Source: Chlorokybus atmophyticus (lineage: Eukaryota > Plantae > Mesostigma and Chlorokybus algae). Taken from it: a stretch of 64,000 nucleotides of DNA. Of this stretch, positions 38,245 through 52,873 are shown one piece after another (position 1 is the first letter of the stretch; each line of letters begins with the position of its first letter). A program made the position numbers and the translations under genes. The notes below the pieces were generated by a model that was not told where the DNA came from, made no database searches, and saw only the letters and a program-made list of their open reading frames with translations. Location: positions 124,001-188,000 of the forward strand of contig RHPI01001715.1 in NCBI GenBank assembly GCA_009103225.1, written 5' to 3'.

Positions 38245-38613
38245 CAACCCATAAACACAGGTGTGAAGTTTATCTACAAGTTGACGCATGTGGCAACACA
38301 AAAAATATATATCGGTCAAAGTAACCACCCAGGTCGACGTGATAAGGAACATCGTAGACACCCGCCCAAGAAGATGTTGCCTGACTTAAATAGCAGTAAA
38401 CCTTTTGAAGAGCAAGTGCAGTTGGAAGTATTAGATAAAGGACATTGCAAGGCGTGAATAGATTGGTTAGAAGCTATGTATATCGCCCAATACGACTCTC
38501 GAGGGTGCAAAGGTTATAATATGGATGAAGGCAACCCAGCGAGGTTCAAAGCATTTTGGGCGCGCCGACGTAGTGGTAGCGGTTTTGGCAATAACAAAAA
38601 GAAAAAAGAATGA
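38245..38613 (+). pseudogene. GIY-YIG endonuclease domain with in-frame stop
   Basis: TGVKFIYKLTHVATQKIYIGQSNHPGRRDKEHRR...KA*IDWLEAMYIAQYDSRGCKGYNMDEG. TGA at 38455-38457; upstream TAA at 38227-38229 in the same frame. Confidence 0.8.
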
Positions 38614-38750
38614 AACTGGCTGTTGTTTGAGTAGGTCACCATGTGTGTTGGACAGTTTGTGTGACACCATGCTTTGGTGTCGATATAATCAATGGGTGCA
38701 TATTGGTGGTGAGCTTCATAAATGTACGTACGCTACGTATGCAAGAACTC

Positions 38751-38918
38751 GTCATGCGACACTGCCCCATACCATTCCATATCATAACATATGGTGTCAC
38801 AGCGATTGATATGCCAACATATGATGTCATATAGCAAGATATGGCAAAATGTCGCGCGACGTCAATGGACATTGTGAGTTCCCTGTGCGTCATGTTAACA
38901 CACGAGCAAAATGGGTTC
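38751..38918. repeat. Left arm of ~165-bp inverted repeat (partner 41271-41432)
   Basis: CATGCGACA..TTCCATATCATAACAT.TG.TGTCACAGCG..ATATGCC..CATATGATGTCATAT..GGACAT.GTGAGTTCCCTGTGC..CATGTTAACA matches the reverse complement of 41271-41432. Confidence 0.85.
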
Positions 38919-38930
38919 CATGATACAGGT

Positions 38931-41090
38931 CTACTCAGGGGGGGGTGGCTGCGAAGGCCCAGCGCCAGCAGCACCGGTATTGTGTGTGTCAACATCCTCA
39001 TCATCGTCACTGCTGCTGAGTTCATATACAGGGAAATCGGGGAGCTCTACACCACGTGGTGGGCGCTGCATAAAAATAAGTTGAAAGCGGCGGCAGAAAG
39101 GACACTCAACTTGAGGGTGAGATCCTGTGCGCAGCTTCTTCAAGCACTGACGGCACAGTGTAGCTCCGCAACATGGCATTGGTAACAACACTTCCACTGG
39201 CTTCTGCTCGCAACAGATCCCGCATGTGTTGTCTTCACTGTCTACCACGCGCTTGCCCTTGTAGTCCTGGCGCACATGTTGCTGCATTTCTTCGGTTGTT
39301 GCTGCTTCATGCAACAACGGGGCAACTGTGCAGAGGTAGGTACAAAGCTTCTCCCATAGTGTTTGGTATAGTTGCGGTTGCAGCTGCCTTTTAACATCTC
39401 TGCGATTGAGGAGCGATACCTGGCACACCAACCAATGAACACCAAGGTGTTGCATTTGTTGATAATTGTCATAATTGTAATTGTTCAGTACCTGTCCGTC
39501 AAGGTCGATCTCTTTCAACATGTATTTTGCCAAGCTGTCCAACTCCTTTCTGGTGACTTCCAGTTCCTGCTGGAAGCTCTCGAACTGCACGCCATTGGGT
39601 TCAACACGCTCACGAAATCGCCAGTTTGCCGTTTGAAGACGCAGGACGCTTGTCAACTCTGAGATCTACAACAGAATGTCAGTTGCTGAAAAATCTAACA
39701 GTGCAGCAACACACACCTTTTTTTTTTGTGCAGCAATTGTCTGGTTGGCTTCTCCAATCTGGCATTGCAGGCGCGCCAATCTTGCATCATTACGCTCATT
39801 GTGTTGCTGCAACTGTGTGGCCCTGCGCTGAACTTCTGTCAGCTGCTTGCGTAAACCCACGATGCTTGCTGCGTCTGCGTTTTTGACACTTTCTGTCATT
39901 TTAACGTGCTCAGCACGCTCTTCGTGTAATGCACGCTCCAGGTCAGCAGAGCGTTGTTCTGCAGCAGCATGGCCTGCACGCAGACCATTGATTTCACTGA
40001 TCATTTTCAACAGCTTTGCAGCGATCTGGGGATCAGGCTGTGTCTGGTTGCGGCGTAGCTGCTCTGCTTGCTTCAGGTTACGCTCGCGAAGGACTGTGTT
40101 CTCGTCAACTAGTTTGAAATCTGCCAACAATGCCATCAGTGGTGTGTGTCAAAACAATGCCACAATTTCCCTTACTTTCGTTTTGTAGACGAGCGTTGTT
40201 TTGTACTTCACGAGTCAGGTGGCCACTGAAGGTGTCGATAGCAGCACGCATAAGCTCAGGTGTAAATTGGTGAGTTGGCAACCGCGGCATTGCTTCCCCT
40301 GCGTTCATATAATTCACGGATCAGGTGGGAACCTCTGCAACGATGACATTGATCACCTGTTTCAGCGTCAGTGACATAAGACGTGGTGGGAGTATCAGGC
40401 GCCATAGACAAATTCCTACGGCGCTTAGACGGAGTCACACGAAGACCTGTTGGGATACATGCATTCAATGAAACCGTTACTGTCACCACGAAGCAGTCAC
40501 ATACCTGTGGGCACCGTCAAGGCACTGGCATTGGAGTCTTCAATAAGATTAGGATCGTATAAGATTTCGACAGGATGCAGAACATCATGCAGCGACGGTG
40601 GCAGGGGGGTTGGTTGCTGCAAAGGCCACGTTCCAACAACTGGCATAAAGGCACCCACAGTAGGATTGAAGTTGTGTCGTGCCACTGCAGCCCGACCCTA
40701 AGTGGCAACAAGTACATAGATGATTACAATCCCACATAAGTCCATCCCATGTGCCATCATGCAAACAGCAACATGCACTCAAAGTAAATTGACAGTGACA
40801 TTGCGCATTGTTAAACTCTCAAGCTGTGGAACAGTTTACTATTCAAACATGCACAATGCATGCTACCATGCAGGACTCACCAGATCCAACCAGTACTTCA
40901 GCAAGTCGTCTTGCTGTTGGCGTGTTAGTGCATTGAAGGCGTCCTTGTGAACACCGCTAGCAAGGTGAGACCTGAAATTTTGCACTCCCACTCTGGCGAT
41001 CCAGCCTTTGTGTAGGCCCGTGAGGTTGCAGCCATAGATGCAAGGGACGAAGTAATTTTCGAAGGTGGCAACACGCCGAGAACCCGCCAT
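38931..41090 (-). CDS. Six-exon gene: N-terminal C2H2-like zinc finger, central coiled coil, C-terminal RING-like finger and acidic tail (putative E3 ligase)
   Basis: All five GT-AG introns, mostly ~55-70 nt, rejoin in frame: ..YWLDL|GRAAV..; ..VPTG|LRVTP..; ..AETG|EAMPRL..; ..QNEN|FKLVDEN..; ..AQKKK|ISELTS... Zinc finger PCIYGC..FRSHLASGVH; RING CGICCEQ..PCCGATLCRQC..CPFCRR. Confidence 0.82.
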
Positions 41091-41270
41091 GGACCTGAGA
41101 AAGAAGACGACGCAATGCACAAACGAACAACGCGGCCGCTAAGCTCGACAATCTTGGCGTCACTGCTGTCCAAGAGCTTGCATGCAACTTGGTTTCCGGG
41201 CCGTGGTAGTCATCGATCATATCGCCCGGGCGCGTATGATATCCCATCATACGCAGGACACATTACGCAC

Positions 41271-41432
41271 GAACCACAGTTTGACTGAATCTCTGTTAAC
41301 ATGTTGCACAGGGAACTCACGATGTCCAGCGACGCCGCGCCATATTACGTCATATGACATCATATGCCGGCATATTTCCGCTGTGACAACACATGTTATG
41401 ATATGGAACGATATGGTGCGATGTCGCATGGC
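41271..41432. repeat. Right arm of ~165-bp inverted repeat (partner 38751-38918)
   Basis: TGTTAACATGTTGCACAGGGAACTCACGATGTCC..ATATGACATCATATGCCGGCATAT..GCTGTGACAACACATGTTATGATATGGAA..TGTCGCATG. Confidence 0.85.
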
Positions 41433-42944
41433 ATGTCGTAAGTGTTTGATTGGCAGAGTTCAGTTAAAATGTGACGGATAACCTCAGTTAATATGACGGA
41501 ACCGAAAATCATGTTTGATTGACCTGAACTGAAGCGCATTCCACGCAGGATACCATATGTGTGATATCCAACATATGCTGTAGAGCATATCGCGACATAT
41601 GATGTCGTATGCTAGCACATCATACGATATGTGATCAAGTGACGCCTTATGCTGTGCTGCAATGCCGCGCGTCGCGTATCATTCGGCGAGATTTGTTGTG
41701 ACTGGGCCGGCCGGCATAGTGCACCCAGACACATCACCGCGCACCACGCACGACGGCCCAGTTACATACGGCACCCGCGCCTCTCATTGGTTAGGCGTCA
41801 ATAGGTATCTGCCGTTCGATCTGTCGCCCAATCAGCCGCACCGCTAGTTTGTGTTGGTCGTGGCTCGACGGTGTATATATATCCTGTATAATATAATTGT
41901 CAGGAATATGGTGTTACTACAACAGATATGTCACGTACCATGCATGTAATCTCTACCGGGAGCATATGCATTTACGTAGTGCAATTGGTCTGTTTATTAT
42001 TATGTACTCATTAACATATTGCCTGAACATTACATGTATACAAACATGTGGGGTGAATTAATACGATATAAATTATAGAATTTATATACACTTATTAAAC
42101 ATGATGGGTATATACCATATTACTACAAGTAATAATACATGTGACTGTGATATCGTTATTATGTACTATGTTTGTATACATAGTACATAATAACATCACA
42201 ACTCGAAGTGTATACCGCGTGGTAGTATGATAATGCCGTGCATCAATTTCATGCCAAATCAAGCCCATTTATAGTACGTGCCGCAAGCAACTGCTTATCC
42301 ACAGCGGTGACCACCGTTTTTACATCAGTAACAACGGGTGATCAACTGATGTGCACGCATGAAGGCCGCGGTTAAACCGCTGATCGGCAGCGCAAAGCCG
42401 ACAGAGGTCAAAGTTGTATCGACGCTAATCGATTAGCGTCAGCCGTGCATCTTTCACCGCCAAACAACAGTCGCGACTACCACCTAAGCGCTGCTAATAA
42501 ACATATTAACACAATAAAACTACATTAATTCATGCGGTCCACTGGCGCAACACTGGAGGTTTCACGCTTGACACTGATGATGGGGCCGGCAAAGCTTTTG
42601 CCGACCCCATCATCGTGCGCGTCTGGTGTCTGGCGTTTGGCGTCTAGACTTGACGGTCTACTTCAGCGAAGATGCCTGCCTACCACTGGTCTCAACTCCA
42701 AAATTGGCTCTATCGTATACAAGATGCGGCAGCAGGTTTTACTGAGCACTGCATGCTGCTGCACAGCACGCACATAGCAGGTAGGCTGCGTACTGACAAT
42801 AATTGGCACTGCCAACTTGGCAGTCACAAGTTGTGCCCAACCATTTATTATTGACAACTTGTGATTTTTGCTTGCAAGTGCTGAAGCTTTTATATGTAAA
42901 TAAGCTTACCTCAATTGACAACACATCGATATAAATCATGCTGC

Positions 42945-43190
42945 ACAGTGCCATGTAGGTTTTAATTGCATAAAAAGTAATGTATTACGTTACGTGATAT
43001 CAAGTGCTCTTGTATCTTAATATATGGGGTGCAATAAAGCAATGCACCCTATAGCTGTTTCGTGCACAGTGCATTGTGCCACGTAGGTTTTGAATGCATA
43101 ATAATCAATGAATGTTACGTAATATCAAGTGCTTTTGTATTCATATAAATAGGGTGCAACAAAGCAATGCACCATGTTGCTGTTTCGTTC
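42945..43190. repeat. ~125-bp tandem duplication
   Basis: TGCCA.GTAGGTTTT..TGCATAA..TTACGT.ATATCAAGTGCT.TTGTAT..GGGTGCAA.AAAGCAATGCACC..GCTGTTTCGT occurs twice. Confidence 0.85.
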
Positions 43191-43724
43191 TATCCAAGCT
43201 TCATGCTGTGGAGCTATCTACGTAGCACATGATGATTGGGAAGAATGGATAGAACGAAATAGCAATTGATTATCCCCCCTTCCTCCCCCGCCCCCCCNCC
43301 ATCTCCTCCATGGTAGACATAAAACGTCACGGTATCGCACGCTGTTACAAACACGACAGCAGCTACAATCGTTGCCACCGCCGCTGCTACCGTTGCAGCT
43401 TTATGCAAAGGACCCCTACAGCTCGAGCTCATTCTATAAAGAGTTTAGTAGGAAGCCCTAAATATGCAAATGAGAAAGGTTCTTGCTTGCTTCTTTTGCT
43501 GTGGTGAATGCTGGCATACGTGTGTGCTGGGTACAGTGTACACTGTACCCAGCACATGTGCTGAGTGCTCTATGTAATGTATGTACCAGCGTTGAGTGAT
43601 GACGCAACAAAAGCATAAAAATATACACAAGCCACTTTTAACAACAATCAGAAAGAAGCCCTAGCTCAAGGGGGACTGCTCCAAAACTGATTAAACTGAA
43701 CTTTGGCACTAAGCGTGCGTGCGA

Positions 43725-43945
43725 ACCTCACCCACTCGCATCAATATTGCTCACGCATCGCTTCTTGTACTACAAGAATAGTAGCGCGCGCACCGCAGGG
43801 GGGCCATAGAGAACAAGCGATACACTTCTATAGCCCCCGCAGCTGTGCGCACGCTTCACCAGCGCCTTGAGTACACAATAGTAGAGCATCACTCACACAC
43901 CCGCGCACACACAAGAAACAACAACGTGTCACAATGCCACTCAAA
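43725..43945 (-). pseudogene. Diverged duplicate of the last intron, last exon and start of the 3' UTR of the TYW gene (source 52850-53080)
   Basis: GGCCATAGA..A.GCGATACACTTC....CCCCGCAGCTGTGCGCACGC..TCACCAGCGCC..AGAGCATCACTCAC..CAACAACG.GT.CAC.ATGCCAC.CAAACC is shared in the same orientation. The copy has a stop and an indel. Confidence 0.8.
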
Positions 43946-44333
43946 CCAGAAAGCCAGAGCACTTGCGAGCTGGAGGTGTGGCGCTGAAGGCCGCCGCGCC
44001 AGTAGCACTGCACAGGTGGTGCTGCCTACCCTCTCCCCCCCTCCCCTGCCTCCAGCTGCTTGCTTCCCTCAGGGGAGAGTCTCGCTTCCCCAGGTCGTCC
44101 CTCTTAGTTCGCATGCAAGTAGTATGTATAGGTCTGTTAACCAACAGACTCTAACACACTGTCACTGGTCTCTCTCTTCGGTGTTCTGAGCTTACGCAAA
44201 CGATTGCTACTTTGCTGATCACGCAACAAACTTTCCCCAACGTGGGTTCTGGAGGGGAAACCGACACCACTATAGATTCTATGCATACAATGTAAGCACA
44301 AGGATGCACGTCGTCTTCGATGATTGCAATCAA

Positions 44334-47594
<3,261 letters not shown>

Positions 47595-48581
47595 TGGCAC
47601 GCGCGAGGTCGGCCGCCAGAGCTAAGCGCGACTGACCCCAATGTGTCAAGGAGGCGGAGTGGGAAGAGTGTGTATCACGTTCAAGCAGAGCGCAGGCTAG
47701 TAAATAGTGCCTGAAGAGGAAGGACAGCACGCGCATGCGCGGCTCGCGCATCGCCGGATGGGTTGCCTTTTACCAGTCTACATCTCTTATGTTTCATTGA
47801 CGTGCGCCGCTCCGGCACAACGTCACTGCGACCGCTGCCCCAGGCACCCCGCCGCCCAGAGTCTGGGCCCACCAGAATCAAGAAGTGAAGTGCACTTTGC
47901 ACTACTGCTGGTCTCCGTGATGGGTCAGCACAGAGAGCGCCGAGCAGCAGGGTACCGCATAGTACACCGCACCACACTACGGTACAAGCATGCTGTACCC
48001 CTGCCACAGCCTGTAGTACACTGCTGTACTGTTGTACGTTTTGCGCATGGGGTACATCAAGTGTAATCGCACCAGTTACACACTGTGCTTACGTACATTA
48101 TGACAGTCTACCCTCGCGAATAGAGCACACAGCATATCACGTCACACCCTGTCCTACCCATCACGCCCCTGTCCATGACGGCCCATGGATGGGCCCGCTG
48201 CTTCCGTCAGTGACGGTCCATCACACGGTAACCCTTCGACTACACTCCATCACGTTCATCATCAACATGCGCTCTGTCCATGACCCCACTCCGTAATCCG
48301 AACACGCTCATTGCGCTTCACGCGCTACAAGTCGTACGTCACACAAGCCGCGTACTTGAGATTTCGCTGACAGCCACCGCGCGACATTGCTGTCGTGGTC
48401 GGTCCCGCTGTGTGAGAGGGGCCGCGGGAAGTGTCGAACAGACAGACACCTCCCACCCATAAACTTGTACATGTGTGCACTGGGAGTCCGGTCGGTAAGT
48501 TAGTGAGCAATTGTTGGCGAGCAAGGCCGAGACAGAGCGTCGCAGGCCTAGCTAGCGGAGAGGGAGACTGCGGCTGCGACG

Positions 48582-50389
48582 ATGGCGGGGAATGGTTCAG
48601 TAGAGCACTCCAATGCACCACGCGCAGGCGCCTTGGACATTAGGGTGGAGGCCCCGGACCGAGACCACACGGTCAGCGTCACCACCCCGGCGAAACTGTC
48701 CAACACCACCAGCACCCGTGCCCGACTTCTCCCACCCTCCGTGCCGAGGTCCACGCCAGGTGAGTCTTGTCACCGGCTTGTTTGAGAGCAATGCATGCAC
48801 ACCAGAGACGCAGTTCAACACCAAGTTGGTGTGACGCAAATGTTGCGAGCGTGACACAAGCTATCGTACGCTTGCAATGGGAACAGAAAGTAACCTAACC
48901 TTTATGGTAGTACATGCAGATAGCCTAGGCCTGGAACGTCTGCAGAACGAGCACGTTACTACCAAGTGTTGTGCCACTCATGTTGCAGTCTCAAGTCACT
49001 GGACACTGTATGTAATACACTGTGTACGGATTGAAGGTTGCATATGGAGTGGTTAGGCTGATTTAATTGACACCACCTTTGATCCAGCACTGGGTTGGCA
49101 ACTGACGCGTGTATTCAGGCTGTCAGTCATTGTGCAGATGCTAGCTTAGCTTGAACACACCTTACTGACACCGCTTTTGGCCTTACCCGTGTATAACGCA
49201 GCTGCCCGCACCACTTCTGATAGCTTGGCTGCGTGCAGACAACAGCATACAACTAGGGCAGCAGCAGCAGCAGCAGCAGCAAGACAACGAGAAAGAGCCT
49301 CTGCCTTCTGAGAAGCAGGACAACGAAAAGCAGGAGGAGGGTGGGAAATCATGCTGCAGCTCGCTGCTGTTGCCCGTGGCGACAAACAACTTCATCCGCG
49401 ACTTTGCAAGCGTGGACCGCATTACCAGGGCAAACTATCCCCCGGAGGAGGGCGCCAAGTTCAATCGCGCAGTGAGATGGAGAGCAGGCTTGGGTATCCT
49501 GTGCATTCTCATCGCTCTCGGCGCGGGTAGTGCATCTGCGGCTCATCAGTGGTTCTACAACCGCAATGTCACCGCCATCGACTACGATCTCCCTGCCACG
49601 ATCAACCCAGACCAGCTGGCTACCAGTGCCGTATGCCCATGCTCGACGCGTAGGCAGCCTGTCAAGCTGCTCTATGGCACATATGACCAAATCTCCTCCG
49701 TCAAGATTAAATCCCACTGCGAGTCGCTGGTCAACACCTCCTCCTCAGTCTCTCTTGCAACCCTCAGCTTCTGTCAGCAGATGTTCACCGACTTGCAGTC
49801 TTACCTCGTTGAGCTCGGGTCCACCCAAGACAAGGGAACGGAGTTGGGCTTGAGCGTGGTGAATGCCCTCACGCAGTCGCTGTGGGACCCGACGCAGTTA
49901 CTCACCCTCATCGCAGGGCAGATGGCAGAAGTCATGGTTGGCACGGTGCGAACGAGCCTCAACGCCCTCACCATCGTGTGGTCCTTCCTCCCACAGGGGA
50001 CCATCAATCTGCAGCAGACTCAGCCGTTTACAGACTCCCTGAACGACATTGTCAATGCCACGAGCTTTGTCACAGGCGCGATCTCTCAGAACTGGCAGCA
50101 CGGGTACGACAGCGCCTCAGGCACGGCGCTCATCGCATTCGAGCTGCCGCTGTTCGGCGTTGTGGGGCTCTCATGGGAAGCCTACAGGGATTATATCTGT
50201 GCGCCGAGGTTCTGCATCCGCACCCACCCCATCAGCATCCTCTCTGCCATCACCGATGCCGGCATTCTGACCAACACCGTGTTCTCAGCAGCGACGGCCG
50301 CTGCCTGCGCTCTCCTGGCATGGTTTTTCAAGTGTCCTAGTGACGAGGTCAAGTCAAGTCAAGTTACAAAGACAGCATCATCACCCTGA
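48582..50389 (+). CDS. Two-exon membrane protein with two TM segments flanking a Cys-containing ectodomain
   Basis: Exon 1 MAGNGSVEH..RSTP|gtgagt. Exon 2 is a ~1-kb open frame: TM1 AGLGILCILIALGAGSASA, AVCPCS, CESL, SFCQQM, YRDYICAPRFCIRT, TM2 ILSAITDAGILTNTVFSAATAAACALLAWFF. Confidence 0.75.
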
Positions 50390-51255
50390 GGAGGGCGCTG
50401 TGCAACTGAGTAGTAATGGTGTTGGCAGTCAAGGTCTGAAAGCCTTAATGCGCAAGGATACACTGAGGCTGTGTGACGAAAACTACTTCCTAGTGTCTAC
50501 GAACGGTAGCTCTGCTGAGGCACGCATCATTGACTGTATCGTTGGACTGCAAGTTTCTCAACAAGAGTCATTGTTTCTTTCTGGGAGTGCTCTTGCAATT
50601 GTCCATGTGTGGCATACTCTGGCGCCACATGTGTCGAGCGGTAGAGCTAGCACAGACTGTGGCTACACAGCTCACAGCAAAGCACTCTGTGTGCAAGCAC
50701 AGCGTGTGCCCGTTTGTACTGTCATTTGCAACAGACAGGTTCAGAGCAACGACATTTCCAAGTCCAATGAAGCAAGTTACTCTATTGGATATGTCACACT
50801 GTCACAGTACGCATTACTGCAGATGCTGTATGTATGTTAAACACGTGCACATCTGCATTGACGAAGTACTGCACGCCAGCTGCCCCATAAGCGTGCCTTT
50901 CGATCAATGTACACTGTGGCAGTCATACACAAAGCTGCAATATGCATAGCCACTTCAACCATGTATGCAATGATGAACAATGGAGGGCCGGGTATCTAGG
51001 GCCTGGTGTCGTACTACATGCGCTAAGCAGCAGCAGCAGCAGCAGCAGTGGTGCACTTGGCAAGTACTTGTACAAGTTGGGCCCCTGGCGATATGCAAGC
51101 ATGTGCAAAGACACCGCCGGACATACGCGCCGCAATTCAAAAACATTCCTACGGTAGTGTCTACTGAATAGTATTAGCAGCATCTGCATGCGACTGTCTG
51201 ATCTTGTTTGACAGTAGTCACTGGGCATTCAACCGGAAGCTGCTATTATAACAGG

Positions 51256-52061
<806 letters not shown>

Positions 52062-52873
52062 TTACTACCAGCAGCCTTTCTTTCTTTCGTGTTTCCTTTC
52101 TTGCTTCCTTTTTGTCTCTTACACGCAACAGACTGCTTTCTTCCCAGCATCTTTCCTTTTTAGGCACGCAATTGACAGTAGTGTATCAAGAACAAACAAA
52201 GGGGCAAGAGTCGAGAGCCAGCTACAGGCTGAATGAGGACTAGAACAAGAGTAGAAGCTAAGGAGGGGAGGTAAGTCAGCACATAAGGTGAGCTGCAAGA
52301 AAGCAGAGTGATTAGAGTGAGACAACAGTCAGGGATGTTGAGGGGAGCCGGGAACCGCGTCGTGTGCAGCGCAGTGGCATTGATTCAATATCTGCCATTC
52401 ACATAACCAACCAGGACAAGTATTGCTACTGCGTCGTCCATGATTATAAGCAGTTTTCCTGGTCTGATCAGTCAAGCGTATGAGGACAGTTGTGAGTGGG
52501 ATTCAGAGCAAAGGTCTACTTTACATAATCGCACAGGCATCATTGAAATGACATGCATTTCTAATATGCTACGCGTATATTACACCACAACAGTAGTTTA
52601 ACATCGCATGTTCGTAGGCAAGTTGCTCATGGACAGCACGTTCAATACTGTTGTACCGCCAGCACCGGATCGTAATGGTCAATCAAAAAACGGTGTTTTG
52701 AAAAGAACCAACAGCTTCGCTCCAGTCACATTGAACAAACTTGTTGCTGCGCATGCGCATGTGGACCGACCAAATCGATCCAGTACCAGAGTTCCAAGCG
52801 ATATCGCTCACAATCTCACCCCAACAGCAACACAACCGCAACAGTCACAACCCTCACCCATTCGCATTGTGTC

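Larger units (their letters stand above)
31900..41700 (+). mobile_element. Composite Helitron/Helentron-like rolling-circle element with cargo genes; boundaries approximate
   Basis: RepHel ORF plus adjacent compact genes with short introns, all separated by a shared family of CGATATG/CATATCG-rich spacers (32086-32165, 36420-36720, 38751-38918, 41200-41640). Termini not identified. Confidence 0.75.

Noticed and set aside
38931-41120. Reading the short minus-strand ORFs as a viral-like array of separate intronless genes
   Set aside because: GT-AG introns join them all in frame into one gene.
41815-41850. CTAG at ~41844 as a canonical Helitron 3' end
   Set aside because: No convincing hairpin 10-15 bp upstream and no matching 5' TC terminus identified.
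50340-50840. 166-aa ORF after the 2-TM gene
   Set aside because: Overlaps the presumed 3' UTR; no motif or splice support.
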